Made by a program: the position numbers and the translations under genes. 30,432 bases of DNA from a plasmid: sequence record NZ_CP034172.1, one strand, 5' to 3'. The notes under the pieces are model-generated. The model saw only the letters and a list, made by a program, of their open reading frames with translations, was not told the origin of the DNA and ran no database searches. Below, one piece after another: positions 8,829 to 19,175 of this stretch (positions are counted from its first letter, which is position 1; each line of letters starts with the position of its first letter).

Positions 8829-9361
8829 TCAACTCAATGTCTGATCTAAAAATTCTTCATTTGTTCCGTTAATCCTTTTTACCAAAAGAGAAACTGAAAC
8901 ATTCGGGTTGGAATCAATGTTAGAAATGTTCCAAGTATCGTTCAAAATCTCAACTTTCTGTACTAGTCCGTTGATGGTCATAAAGTTTGAGTAATAGCCT
9001 TTATTCGCCTTATCTTTAATAATTTTTGTCGGTTGTTCCCCGACTAGCCACAAAACATTTTCTTTTTTCTCATTAATGCTGTATTGGTCTAAATCGTAAA
9101 ATTGTCTTACGAAAAATTCGGTTGCTCCCTGCACCTGTTTAACCTTGTCTTTTTGGCAGAAACTAGAGAAAGCGGAATCAAGTCGCCCTTATTATTGATA
9201 GTATATAATTTATTCCCTGCATCGCTGTAAACATAAAGTGCAAAATAAAGCATAGAAACAATTGCTACAACTGCTACAATAACCACGCCCCAAACGGTTC
9301 TGTTATTTTTTCTCAATTCGGAATAAATATTTTTTCCGACTGTAAGTTTTTTATCCTCCAT
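8829..9361 (-). CDS. traK: TraK-like conjugative transfer protein. Split by one 1-nt frameshift (pieces 9107-9361 and 8829-9134).
   Basis: The N-terminal fragment has a TM helix and '…KLYTINNKGDLIPLSLVSAKK'. The second fragment continues '(K)DKVKQVQGATEFFVRQFYDL…' when one A is added to the a5 run at ~9150-9154 (gccaaaaagaca). Same size and layout as Bacteroides TraK. Confidence 0.65.
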
Positions 9362-9368
9362 TTTAATT

Positions 9369-10175
9369 TTAATTAAAATAACTTCTCACTTCTTTAGTTA
9401 CAAATCCCATCAGTCCAATTTTCACTGCAAAAGCAACCAATAAAGCCCCTAATTCAGCTAGGAAAACTTTTGAAAATTCGGTTGTCAAAACAATTTCCGC
9501 CACACCCACATCAATTTTATTTGCCAAGGTATCATAAACTACTACACTAAATTTAATGATTGCGATATAGGCAATACCTAAAACAAATAATCCTATATAT
9601 ACCTTAATCCACCTGTATAACATATCCGACATTTTATCTAGTGTTGAAAATGCAATTGCCAAGGGAAAAATAAATTTGAAAAGTTGGATTAAAAACACTC
9701 TTTGAAGTAGGTACATTGATGTAATTGCTACATCTATTAAGTGTAAAAGACTAGCTACAAAATATAGGGCAATTGCACCCATATAGTTAGGCATTACTGC
9801 AAAGTAGAACGCAATCTTTTCTAATGCTCCCATATTTTCAGCAACTTCATTAATCAATTCCAATTGTCTAGCTGCAGGCGATATTGTGTTGTGGTTATTC
9901 ATCTGCGCCACATCCACTTCAATTCCGCTAAAAAGTTGCTCAATAGAATTAACAATAAAGTCGCTTCCCACAATGATTAACCCAAAACCAATGATATTGA
10001 TTAATCCGCCTATTGGCGGTCTTTCCTCGTTTTCTGCCGTTTGCAGAAAATGCCCCATTATTTTAAACAACAGAAAAGCCATTGCCAAGGATTTTGCCCC
10101 TGTTATAGTGTATGCAAAAATGGAATTGTTGTTTATTGCATTTTGAACGGAAGAAACCCAAGTGTAATCAATCAT
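9369..10175 (-). CDS. traJ: TraJ-like conjugative transfer protein (polytopic inner-membrane).
   Basis: 268 aa with at least six hydrophobic segments. ATGA overlap with the upstream gene. Position matches traJ. Confidence 0.65.
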   Translation of the reverse strand: MIDYTWVSSVQNAINNNSIFAYTITGAKSLAMAFLLFKIMGHFLQTAENEERPPIGGLINIIGFGLIIVGSDFIVNSIEQLFSGIEVDVAQMNNHNTISPAARQLELINEVAENMGALEKIAFYFAVMPNYMGAIALYFVASLLHLIDVAITSMYLLQRVFLIQLFKFIFPLAIAFSTLDKMSDMLYRWIKVYIGLFVLGIAYIAIIKFSVVVYDTLANKIDVGVAEIVLTTEFSKVFLAELGALLVAFAVKIGLMGFVTKEVRSYFN

Positions 10176-10660
10176 TATCTAAAACTTGTTTGAATTAATT
10201 TTGTTTTTATGTTGGATTCGTATTGTGAAACTTTATTATATTCAGCATCTAAACGTTCCAATCTTTCACTATCATTCATATTGAAAACTCCGTTTTGAAG
10301 CAAAGCCTGTACTGTTTTGATGCTTCCCGAAATCATCTGCAGGTTTTGTGTTACTCCCGATAAATTAATTTTTCTTTTCCTTGAAAGTTTTACCAATTCA
10401 TTTGCTGAATTAATAGCCTGCTTCTGTTTATTAATGATGTTTCTAAAATGGTTTGCCTGTTGAACAAAACCGTTTACCTGTTGAATTTTTTTATTGGCTT
10501 TCTCCATCATTTCATACGTTTTTTGCAGTTGCGTTAAACTTTTAACGGAAGTGCTTACCTGCTGTGCTAATTGGGATGTAGCTCCAACATCTGTAACCAC
10601 CAATTGCGAAAAAGCAAATTGACTTATAAAAAAAGCGGTTACTAAAAAAAACCTTTTCAT
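10175..10660 (-). CDS. traI: TraI-like small secreted protein of the Bacteroidetes T4SS.
   Basis: 161 aa. Signal peptide MKRFFLVTAFFISQFAFSQ, Gln/Asn-rich helical region. Lies between traG and traJ. Confidence 0.5.
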   Translation of the reverse strand: MKRFFLVTAFFISQFAFSQLVVTDVGATSQLAQQVSTSVKSLTQLQKTYEMMEKANKKIQQVNGFVQQANHFRNIINKQKQAINSANELVKLSRKRKINLSGVTQNLQMISGSIKTVQALLQNGVFNMNDSERLERLDAEYNKVSQYESNIKTKLIQTSFR

Positions 10661-10672
10661 AATACTTGTATT

Positions 10673-13107
10673 TTATTTATTAATATATTGCTTAATAGCA
10701 GTTTCCATATCACCTAAATCTTCATAAAGACTCATTAATTCTTGATTCTGCTTGCCTTCTGTCTGATAAGCCCAATACACTTCTATTGGAACTTCTAGCC
10801 TGTAAACTTGGTGGTGGTTTCCTCGCATCAAAAACACTTCTGAATACTTTCTTTCTCCCTCAAAATTGGAAGAAATGGAAACCATTTGGTTATAGGCATG
10901 TTCCGACATTTTGAAGCGTTCCTGCAATGCTTTGTAGTCTTTGGCATTAAGAACATAGAGAACCTGTGTATTTTCAATAATAGTTTTTGCGATTTGTCCG
11001 TTCTCTCCCGATTCGGGAAGTTGGGAAATTGCTTGGAGAACCATTCCAATTGCTCCGTTTTGTTTTCTAATTGCTTGGTAGAAATATTCGATTTTCTCTA
11101 AAACCCCCTTGAATTTAAATTGCTTTGCAACTTCATCAAAGAATATATATCCCCTTGTACTTTTATCTTTCCAAACCGTTTCGTTAATGGTTGTGGAAAT
11201 AAGTTGAAGCATAATAGAAAGTAAAAGTTCGTTTTCTTTCACTTCGTCCAATTCAAAAACTATAATTTTTTTATCTCTAACCTTTTCTAAATTATCGTTA
11301 CTCTCGTCTTGGTAGAGAAATTCATAAATTCCTCCTTTCTCAAACTCAGACATTAAAAAAAGGAATTTTTCTATATCAAAATAATCATCCTTTATTTCCA
11401 AATCTTTAAGCAAGGTATCTTTACCCTCTTTTACCGCTTGAATAAACTTCAATAAACTTGGTTCTCCACCTCGTTTATAGTATGCTTCCATAATCTTACG
11501 AAGTGCCGTTTTTTCGCTCTCTGTGGTCGATTCCCCACGTTTATAGTGGGTAAGAATAAATTCTACCAAATCTTCAATTTTTGAGCTGGTCAATTCCTCG
11601 CCTTGCAAATCGAATGGATTAAGCCCTATTGGTTTGCCCTCTTGATAGTGGATAAAAGCGGTTTCTTCGGGATATAAGGCAGATAATTTGCGGTAGGATT
11701 GCCCCAAATCAACAATTACAATTCTTGCCCCCTCGTCAAAATACTGTCTGAATAAATGGTTTGCCAAAAACGATTTCCCATAACCTGTTGGCGCAAAAAT
11801 CATAAAGTTTCTAGCTCTGATATATTTTTTTTCTTCATCCCACGTATCAACAGTAATTGGCAGATTTGAAATTCTTGAATTTAAAATAATGCCCTGTTTG
11901 TCGTTTTTATAATTGGTTGTGTCGTTAAAAAATATAGTAGCAAGGTTTAAATTCCCATAAAATAATTGCCTGTCCGCAAAATTGTTGGCAAAAAGGAAGA
12001 ATGAATTATGAAAAATAGAGTTTAAATAATTATCTATCGGCTGTCTTGTCTTAATATCAAGTTCTTTAAACCTATCTACAATCTGATTTTTCTTTGCCCT
12101 CAAATCATTTTCGTTGTCTGCATAATAAAGTACATTCAAATGAGCTTTAATTATTCTATCGCCATCAATATTATCTGCAATTTCTTCAATTAGTTTCTTT
12201 GTCTTTGTAGCGTTGGATTTGTTATTTGGGTCAAAGTTTGCAGATTTGTTAAGCAAATCGTTTCGGGTTCTTAACTTGTTCAACTGCTCTTGGTTATCTT
12301 CAAAGAAAATAATCTGATTATAAACGTGGTCAAAATCTAGGGAAATTCCGAACATTTCACCGTAATTTTGATAGAACTTATATTTAGCACTTGAAAAATC
12401 CTTGTCGGTTACTACATCGGCAAATTTTTCGGGAAAACTCTCTTCATCCCTTGTGCAAACTGCGCCTACAAACTTATCTCCAACCTGCAAATAACCTTTC
12501 CGCAAAATACGGTCAGTTACATAGTCTTTTTGCAGATTATTGAAATAAAAATCGTAATATTCGTAAACTTCCTTTTCAGTAAATTTTCTAATATTGAAAG
12601 CTCTACCGGAATTAATTTTTATTCCTCGAATAAAATTAATGGACTGCTCTACGCTAGCCGTGAACGATTCAATATTTTCATCAAATTTTTCAAACTTTTT
12701 TCTGTTAAGTGTTTTGAATGGATTTGAAATTTTGGTTTGAAAAGTTCCGTTATCGGGAAGAACGAAAAACAAAAAGCATTTGTGCGACAAATATTCTCTA
12801 CCCTTAAAATATTCTTTTGTGCTTTTTTGAAGAAAACTATCAGCCCTATAATGCGAGGTGTCGAGTTTCTCTCTCAAAAAACATCCTGTTTAACTAATAT
12901 TGAATCTTTAGGTAGGTCTTTAAGAGCTTTAACCCAAGCTTCATTAATAACTTCAAAATCCTCTTTCCCAAGAGAATATTTTTCCGCTAACTCAACTTCA
13001 TAGCACATAGCAAAAACACCGTTTTTGCCAACCGTCTTATTATCTTCAATATGTAGAAATACACTATTATTCATCATCAGAACGTTTAGTAGGTAGTTTG
13101 TCATCAA
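10673..13107 (-). CDS. traG: TraG, VirB4-like conjugative ATPase. Its N-terminal 77-aa ORF (12874-13107) and 734-aa ORF (10673-12877) are separated by a 1-nt frameshift.
   Basis: Walker A 'FMIFAPTGYGKSFLANH'. '…IVIVDLGQSY' and the large size fit the VirB4/TraG family. The 77-aa piece (…KDSILVKQDVF*) fuses in frame (QDVF-L-REKLDTSHY…) if the run at 12875-12880 (a6 on plus strand) is one base longer, giving about 811 aa. Confidence 0.8.
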
Positions 13108-13330
13108 ACAAAAAATGAATTATTTTATCATTGCTTGACAAAGCGACAGAGATCAGATAACTAATCCCAATGATAATAGCAACGACAATAATTTTTGTTA
13201 AGGAAAATCCTCCTAAAAAGGAAAGCAGGCACACAAGGGCAATCGCAATGAAAATGAAAAATCCCAAAGTATTCATTCCGTATATCAACGGCTTTTTCCT
13301 GTAACCCTTAAAGTTCTTAATTTCCTTCAT
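13067..13330 (-). CDS. traF: TraF-like small membrane protein (DUF4133-type).
   Basis: 87 aa with two TM segments. Immediately downstream of traE and overlapping the start of traG. Confidence 0.6.
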   Translation of the reverse strand: MKEIKNFKGYRKKPLIYGMNTLGFFIFIAIALVCLLSFLGGFSLTKIIVVAIIIGISYLISVALSSNDKIIHFLFDDKLPTKRSDDE

Positions 13331-13334
13331 AATT

Positions 13335-13625
13335 TTAAACCGTCATATTTGCCACATACGCAATCAGTCCTTGAATAGCCCCAAGAACGGCTGCGAATAT
13401 TACAATATTTGTTACCCCTGCTTTCCAATCGCCATTTTCTTTGGCAAACTTCCCTAAATTGGCTAAAATAACCACCACAAAAATAGCAACGGCAACATAA
13501 GGGAAAACCCCTCTGATTTCATTAGCCAATTGCTGTGCAGGACCTTTTAAATTGATTTGTGCAAAGGAATTTGCATAAATTAGAAACGTTCCTGCAATCG
13601 CTAATAAGTGCTTCTGTTTTTTCAT
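13335..13625 (-). CDS. traE: TraE-like small membrane protein (DUF4134-type). First gene of the tra operon in this window.
   Basis: 96 aa, signal/TM plus two further TM helices. Preceded by a conserved promoter-like 40-mer. Confidence 0.6.
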   Translation of the reverse strand: MKKQKHLLAIAGTFLIYANSFAQINLKGPAQQLANEIRGVFPYVAVAIFVVVILANLGKFAKENGDWKAGVTNIVIFAAVLGAIQGLIAYVANMTV

Positions 13626-13654
13626 AATAATGTTTTTTTTACTTTAGTATTATA

Positions 13655-13701
13655 CAACAAATTTAAATTAATTTTTCCAAATATACGCAACTTTGTTATT
13701 T
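13655..13701 (-). promoter_or_regulatory. Conserved promoter-like element upstream of traE. The same ~40-mer is found upstream of the 28380-28613 operon at 28638-28676.
   Basis: acaaatttaaattaaYttttccaaatatacgcaacttt occurs in both places, about 25-30 bp from the start codons. On the coding strand it reads gcgTATATTTGg, a perfect Bacteroidetes -7 box TAnnTTTG. Confidence 0.5.
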
Positions 13702-13734
13702 TTTTTTATCCTATTTATGTCTGATAATTAGCAT

Positions 13735-15378
13735 TTAATCAATCAATAATTTTACTTCGTTCAAAATTTTAGAAAAATTGCTGTTCAGCATCTGCGCTGT
13801 GACTTGTTTCTGTAAAGGAATGTCCTTTTTTACTATGTTTAGCGACCGAATTTGGTAGATGTCATTTTGTCCATCACTCAACATTGCAAACTCTCCAACC
13901 TTTAAATTATTAAATCTGCTTGCCTTAAATTTGGAAACATCTTTTTCACCAATAGTAATAGTTTTTCCGCTAGAAAATAAATCTCCTTTTTCGGAAGTTG
14001 ATTTGGTTTTCTCTTTTATAAGTTCAAAATAACTTTCATAGAATTTGGAAGTTTCGGGGTCGTTAGATTTCCCGAAAAATTGAGTGGAAAGGTTCGCTAA
14101 AATTTCTTTGAAACCATCTCTGCCATATTGCACAATTCCCTGTACAATATCTTGCGCACAATAAACGGTGGCTACTCCGAAACTTCGCATTGTAGCCGGA
14201 ATTTGAGCCATATTTAAAAGCTTTATCGTTGGTGCTTCATCGAGTACCAAAAAAGATTGATCCCTGTTTTTAATCATCATTTGCTTTGTAATTGCGTGAA
14301 TAATAGTGGCATTAATTGGACTTAAAAACCTATTGGTTTTTGGCTCATTTAAAACCGAAATAACCGTTCTGTTCTTTGCTTCGTTCACATCTAAAGGTAT
14401 TTCGTTGTGGCTTAAAACCCAAAATGCCTCTGGAAAAGAAATTTTGCGCAAAGCGTTTGCCAAAGTGGAAAGCACTGATGCTGTTTGTCTTTCAGATGCA
14501 AGCCCCATTATAAAGGCAGAACCTTGAATTGCTACACGGTCATTCGTGGTAAGAAAGGTTTTCAATTTAGCAAATTTGTTTTGCGCTTGGTCTGAAAGAT
14601 TGTAAGATGGTTTTTCCTGCCGTTCAGAAAGGGAAAAATCTAGCCCCAAAATAAAACTTATAACATGGGGCAAAGTGCAATAGTTTTTATGGTCGAACCA
14701 AAATTTTAAAATTACACTTGACAGTAGGGAACTTGCACTATCTTTAAAAAAATCGTCTCCTTTACCTACTCCGTTATTAATCAGGTTATCCATAATAACG
14801 GTTACAACTTCGTTGATATCCTTTTCACCATCCAACAGTTCCGGTGCAATTGGATTCACACGATAACTTATAGATGGATTATGAATTGCTACAATTTTTA
14901 AATTGTCTTGAAAAAGTGGCAAAGCTAGTTCCGTGAGTTCCCCATCTTTGAAATCGTAAACAATTCCAGCAAACTTCTTTTCTGAAAAATGTTTTAGAAT
15001 TGGATAAATGATTGAAATCGTTTTTCCCGAACCTGCAGAACCAAAAATAGAAACCCCTCTAGCAACCCCACGAATATATTTTTTTCCCTTATTCGTTTCT
15101 ATCGGAATATCCCAGATTTCATTGGGTTTTGATTCATAGGTAAAAAGATAAGCAAGCGAAGAAATAATTCCGCTAGGAATTATCAACCACAATAAAATTT
15201 GTTTGAAGTGTGGGAAAAAATTATAGCACACAAAAATCAAAATACCTGCAATTATCAGACAAACCGCCTTTGCAATAATATTTTTTAGTTTCCAACCTAA
15301 AAAAAGAAATAGAGAAACCACTAAATTAACTCCTATCAGAATCGCCCAATTGCGAATGCTTAAATCTAAAATATCCAT
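13735..15378 (-). CDS. mobC: Type IV coupling protein (VirD4/TraG/TraD family; Bacteroidetes 'MobC').
   Basis: 547 aa. N-terminal TM helices, Walker A 'GSAGSGKT', later 'LVLDEAPT' (Walker B-like). Confidence 0.8.
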   Translation of the reverse strand: MDILDLSIRNWAILIGVNLVVSLFLFLGWKLKNIIAKAVCLIIAGILIFVCYNFFPHFKQILLWLIIPSGIISSLAYLFTYESKPNEIWDIPIETNKGKKYIRGVARGVSIFGSAGSGKTISIIYPILKHFSEKKFAGIVYDFKDGELTELALPLFQDNLKIVAIHNPSISYRVNPIAPELLDGEKDINEVVTVIMDNLINNGVGKGDDFFKDSASSLLSSVILKFWFDHKNYCTLPHVISFILGLDFSLSERQEKPSYNLSDQAQNKFAKLKTFLTTNDRVAIQGSAFIMGLASERQTASVLSTLANALRKISFPEAFWVLSHNEIPLDVNEAKNRTVISVLNEPKTNRFLSPINATIIHAITKQMMIKNRDQSFLVLDEAPTIKLLNMAQIPATMRSFGVATVYCAQDIVQGIVQYGRDGFKEILANLSTQFFGKSNDPETSKFYESYFELIKEKTKSTSEKGDLFSSGKTITIGEKDVSKFKASRFNNLKVGEFAMLSDGQNDIYQIRSLNIVKKDIPLQKQVTAQMLNSNFSKILNEVKLLID

Positions 15379-15389
15379 AATGTAAATAA

Positions 15390-16799
15390 TTAATATCCTC
15401 GTGAAGCGTCCATTATCTTGCTTACTGCAAATCGCACAATTTTAACCGCTGCATCAAGTGGCGTTTTAGGAACGTTCAACGGAATTCTAAAACCTAGTTC
15501 CTTGCTAATTGTACTCTGTAAACTTAAATTTCTCAATTCACTATATCCTGTTTGTTTTTTCAATTCATTTTTAATTGGCTTGAATGCTTTATTGGCTAAT
15601 GATGAAACCTGCCCTTTAACTTTGTTCTGCATTTTTTCCGAAAGGTTCTGCCGTAAATAAAGTTTTCTTTCTTTGTAATTATTATATGTATTTTCTCTTT
15701 GAAACTTAAATTTTTGGTCAAAGGAATTTTCAACTTTATTTCTAAAATTATCTCTGTTGAATCCTACATCATTATTTTTAATTTTAGAATTTCTATGATT
15801 TGCTAAAGGAGAAAGCGAAATTTTTTTATTCTTAAACTTACATTTATCATATCGCGAAACTATAACGTGAACGTGATATTGTTCTCCGCCTTTTTTCATT
15901 CCTGCCCTAACAATTTCATTAGTCGCCCTATCACGATTTAATGAAGCTTTCAGATTTTCTATTTTCTGAAAATCATTCTTTGGGTCTAAGTTTTCTATCT
16001 CTTTATAAATTTTCCTGTTCTGCATCACCCATTTATCGTTCTCTTTATATGTTCTTTTTTCCTCAACTTTACCGAACCAAACTAAATCCCTTTCATCAAG
16101 TTTTCTAGTGGACAAATCTTTACCGATTGCTTTAGCAAGTTCAATTTTTTTCTCTTTAAAAACCTCTCCATAATTTTTATCATTTTTTGAAATTCCCATC
16201 TTTTCCAAATCAGCTTTTGCCTGTTTAGAAATTTGCCTTTCTTCTAATTGAGTAGGTAAATTATTTGGATTGGCATACACTTCCCTATCAAAATTATTAG
16301 CATAATCTTTCATTACATCCTTTGTATATTCTCTCAATTGTTGGTGCATCAAATCATTTATTAATTCTTTATATTGTTTCTGCCCCTGCTCTGATTGAAG
16401 CAATATTTCTTTCTCCTTTTCACCGATTCCGTTTCTTTCTAATTCCAATTCCGCAATTTTTTTTAGATGATCCAACTCGCTTTTTGAAGGTGAAATATTT
16501 ATCATAAAAAATTGGCTCTGGTCTTTCTTTGTATTGGAAGAAATATTGTCGTCAATAATTTTACTCGCTTCTTTTTCATCAAAATATTTTTCTTCATTGG
16601 ATTCGTAATCTTGCTTAAAAAATAAATTCTTTTCTATATAAATACTATTCTCATCTATACTAGAAATATCCTCTTCATTTTCTAAAGCTCTTTCCCAAAA
16701 CTCATCAATTCTTTCTTCATTCTCCTTTGTGAGATAATCGAAAACCCCTCTTGAAGAACTAGAACCCTGCGCATTATGTTTAGTAAAATTTACAACCAC
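15390..16799 (-). CDS. mobB: Relaxase / mobilisation nuclease (Bacteroidetes MobB-type).
   Basis: 469 aa. Histidine triad-like 'QYHVHVIVSRYD'. Lies between the small accessory genes and the coupling protein. Lys/Glu-rich C-terminus. Confidence 0.7.
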   Translation of the reverse strand: MVVNFTKHNAQGSSSSRGVFDYLTKENEERIDEFWERALENEEDISSIDENSIYIEKNLFFKQDYESNEEKYFDEKEASKIIDDNISSNTKKDQSQFFMINISPSKSELDHLKKIAELELERNGIGEKEKEILLQSEQGQKQYKELINDLMHQQLREYTKDVMKDYANNFDREVYANPNNLPTQLEERQISKQAKADLEKMGISKNDKNYGEVFKEKKIELAKAIGKDLSTRKLDERDLVWFGKVEEKRTYKENDKWVMQNRKIYKEIENLDPKNDFQKIENLKASLNRDRATNEIVRAGMKKGGEQYHVHVIVSRYDKCKFKNKKISLSPLANHRNSKIKNNDVGFNRDNFRNKVENSFDQKFKFQRENTYNNYKERKLYLRQNLSEKMQNKVKGQVSSLANKAFKPIKNELKKQTGYSELRNLSLQSTISKELGFRIPLNVPKTPLDAAVKIVRFAVSKIMDASRGY

Positions 16800-17050
16800 T
16801 ATTTAAAAATATTATTATAATCTTCCTCACTCAAATTCATTTCATAACCACTTGCAAAAACGCCTGTCTTTTTTACAATTTTAGAATTTATCAAATTTAT
16901 TTTCCTATTGATCTCGCCATTAATTTGCTCTAACTCTTGATGTGATAACTCTAAATCTTCAATCTGTTTTCTATACTTTTTTTCATCAATTGCATTACTT
17001 TTTTCCTCTATCATTTTTGGTTGTTTCTTCTCGCCATTATTATTTTTCAT
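16799..17050 (-). CDS. Small coiled-coil protein, putative relaxosome accessory protein (MobA-like).
   Basis: 83 aa. ATGA overlap with the relaxase start. Charged, helical composition. Confidence 0.4.
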   Translation of the reverse strand: MKNNNGEKKQPKMIEEKSNAIDEKKYRKQIEDLELSHQELEQINGEINRKINLINSKIVKKTGVFASGYEMNLSEEDYNNIFK

Positions 17051-17055
17051 TTCCT

Positions 17056-17337
17056 CTACTGCATCAAAATATCATCAATTTTTAAAAAATAATCCTTCTC
17101 AAAATATCCAATTCTTGTGTGCAATGCTTCAATTCGATTTAAAATTTTCTTATCTCCATTTTTCAGATTAAACATCAAATCATCATTTGTATTCCTTTCA
17201 ATTTGTTCTTTCGAATAAGACATTCTTATAAGCTCTGAAATCACTTCATCATAAGAAGTAATCTTATAATTAACCTTCAAACCCTGTAAAGCATTTAATG
17301 TATCTATTTTTACTTTAATAATTTTTGTATTACTCAT
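17056..17337 (-). CDS. Small protein, putative relaxosome accessory/DNA-binding protein adjacent to oriT.
   Basis: 93 aa, first gene of the mob operon. Gene order matches Bacteroidetes mobA-mobB-mobC. Confidence 0.4.
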   Translation of the reverse strand: MSNTKIIKVKIDTLNALQGLKVNYKITSYDEVISELIRMSYSKEQIERNTNDDLMFNLKNGDKKILNRIEALHTRIGYFEKDYFLKIDDILMQ

Positions 17338-17339
17338 AA

Positions 17340-17570
17340 GTATAACTTTTTATATTGATTTTCAATTATTTAAATAATTTAGTATAACTTTTAGTTATAC
17401 TTTAATAAAATTACAAGTTATTTATACACTTGATTTTCAATGAATAGCGGTTTTATACCGCCATTCCCTCTTGCTCTCCATTCCTACCCCCGCATTTCTA
17501 TTGCTTAAAAGTACTCAAAATTTTTTATATGGTCGGAAAAAACATTTTAAAAAATTGAAATGATTTTCAA
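17340..17570. promoter_or_regulatory. Candidate oriT / mob promoter region.
   Basis: AT-rich intergenic region upstream of the mob operon. Contains the perfect inverted repeat aGTATAACtttAGTTATACt (~17378-17398) and the imperfect IR gAATAGCGGttttataCCGCCATTc (~17440-17465). Also one copy of the TAGTCGGAAAAAACATTTT box at 17533-17566. Confidence 0.45.
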
Positions 17571-17628
17571 AAAGTGATTAATTTCTTTTTTTTATATTTA
17601 CAACATTAATCACTAAACAAAAAATAAA

Positions 17629-17910
17629 ATGGAAGATCAAGCCACGTTCAGAAATCAAAATGCTTTATCCAATGATGAAAAAAAGGAAAAATTAATTTTA
17701 GATTTTTTTCACTTGAAATCTGAAATTAATTCGACAAATGGCGATGTAAAAGAATTACGAGAAATAAAAAAACTTGCAAATAATTTTGAAAAAGATTTAG
17801 AAGAATTATTACAAATTGATGTTCCATTAAAAAACAAAAAAAACTACATCAATTTGAAAAAAACTAATTTTGATAAATCACTTTTGAAACTTGCAAAATT
17901 TTTGGAATAA
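17629..17910 (+). CDS. Hypothetical protein. One of only two plus-strand genes in the window; followed by a strong terminator.
   Basis: 93-aa ORF, charged and helical. Perfect terminator hairpin immediately downstream. Confidence 0.5.
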   Translation: MEDQATFRNQNALSNDEKKEKLILDFFHLKSEINSTNGDVKELREIKKLANNFEKDLEELLQIDVPLKNKKNYINLKKTNFDKSLLKLAKFLE

Positions 17911-17941
17911 AAAAAACCTCTCAAATATTTGAGAGGTTTTT
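17909..17941 (+). terminator. Rho-independent terminator.
   Basis: aaaaaa-CCTCTCAAATA-TTTGAGAGG-ttttt. Confidence 0.8.
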
Positions 17942-17961
17942 AACTAAATAAAACTAAAAAC

Positions 17962-18135
17962 TATGAAGGACAATCTACTGTATATTCTTCCCAAAAAATT
18001 TCCCACTTGCAAGAAAATAAATTATTTTCTTTCGCATATTTGTGCGCCTTTTCTATTGTACTAAAAAATCCTAAAAATTGATAACTTGATTTTGTTCTCC
18101 AAACATCGGACTGTATTAAAGCGTATATTTTCATA
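17962..18135 (-). CDS. Possible small protein (~57 aa, below the ORF-track threshold).
   Basis: ATG at 18133-18135 gives MKIYALIQSDVWRTKSSYQFLGFFSTIEKAHKYAKENNLFSCKWEIFWEEYTVDCPS*. No competing ORF. Weak support. Confidence 0.25.
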
Positions 18136-18147
18136 ATACAAATTTTT

Positions 18148-18176
18148 AAAATGAGAGGGTTTCCCCTCTCATTAAT
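18148..18176 (-). terminator. Hairpin terminator downstream of ardC.
   Basis: aatGAGAGGGtttCCCCTCTCatt, flanked by short A/T runs. Confidence 0.5.
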
Positions 18177-18177
18177 T

Positions 18178-19149
18178 TTACAAATTTTCTAAATATTTTT
18201 TTGCTTTTTTGGATTGGATAAAAGCGTTTTTAATATTCTCAATTCGATTTTCTTTGTTAGTATCTGACCAACCTTTTAAATATCTAATCGAATTAATTAG
18301 TTCGCTTGAAATTCCATTTTGAAGGCAAATTAACATAGAACCCATTTCCGCTATCAGCTCTTCAAAGGAATATTTTTCTTTATCAGAAAAACCATCTTTT
18401 AAATTTCTGTTTAGTCTAGATTCGTGACCTGTCCAATGTATAATTTCGTGAAACATTGTACTGTAAAATTTATCTTCACTGATAAAAAATCTTTTTTCCG
18501 GCATCATGATTTTATCAAATCTTGGAGAATATGCTCCGGTACTTTTTTTGACAAATTCTAAAACTAGATTTCCTTTTTCGATTACAGAATTTACAAAGGA
18601 TTCACAATTTTCTTTATTCTGAAATTCTAGTTCTTCGGGTTCGTCAATGGAAATATTTAAATTTATTTCCTCTATATTTTCAATCTGATTTGAATTAAAA
18701 ACTACATAATTTTTAATGCAAGGAATTTTTACAATTTTCTTTAATTGGTCGCCTGATAAATTTTGTAATTCTTCATAAGTATATTTTTTTCCTGTTTCGG
18801 AATCCTTATAAATGAAACTAAAAAATTCTATTACCGTTCCTTTTGAACCTTTTTTTAATTTTCCGCCTGCTTTAGAAATGGCGTTGAAAGTAGCGTAAAA
18901 ACTAGAGGTGTAGCCGTTAAATAAAGTATCAATATAAAGTGCTAATAAATTGAATCCTTGATAAGCTTTTTGCGTGAATAAATTTCTAGGTTCTTGAAAT
19001 TTAAAGTTAGTGTAGGTTTCCCATTCGCTGGCTTTTACCTTATCTAAATTTTCTAAAATTTTTGTAATAAATTTATCTTCTTTTGGTTGCGAGTTGGAAG
19101 ATGTTTTGTAATTTGTTTTTGCTGTTTTTTTTGTGGCAGTTGCATTCAT
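18178..19149 (-). CDS. ardC: ArdC-like antirestriction protein (N-terminal ssDNA-binding DUF1738-type domain plus C-terminal zincin-like metalloprotease).
   Basis: 323 aa. C-terminal 'STMFHEIIHWTGHESRLNR' is the HExxH zincin motif characteristic of ArdC. Located next to the oriT/mob region. Confidence 0.75.
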   Translation of the reverse strand: MNATATKKTAKTNYKTSSNSQPKEDKFITKILENLDKVKASEWETYTNFKFQEPRNLFTQKAYQGFNLLALYIDTLFNGYTSSFYATFNAISKAGGKLKKGSKGTVIEFFSFIYKDSETGKKYTYEELQNLSGDQLKKIVKIPCIKNYVVFNSNQIENIEEINLNISIDEPEELEFQNKENCESFVNSVIEKGNLVLEFVKKSTGAYSPRFDKIMMPEKRFFISEDKFYSTMFHEIIHWTGHESRLNRNLKDGFSDKEKYSFEELIAEMGSMLICLQNGISSELINSIRYLKGWSDTNKENRIENIKNAFIQSKKAKKYLENL

Positions 19150-19175
19150 AATTTTAAATTTTTAATATTTATTTA

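Noticed and set aside
12874-13107. 77-aa ORF upstream of traG as an independent small gene
   Set aside because: It fuses in frame with the 734-aa VirB4-like ORF if the a6 run at 12875-12880 is lengthened by one base. Combined length and sequence fit a full-length TraG.
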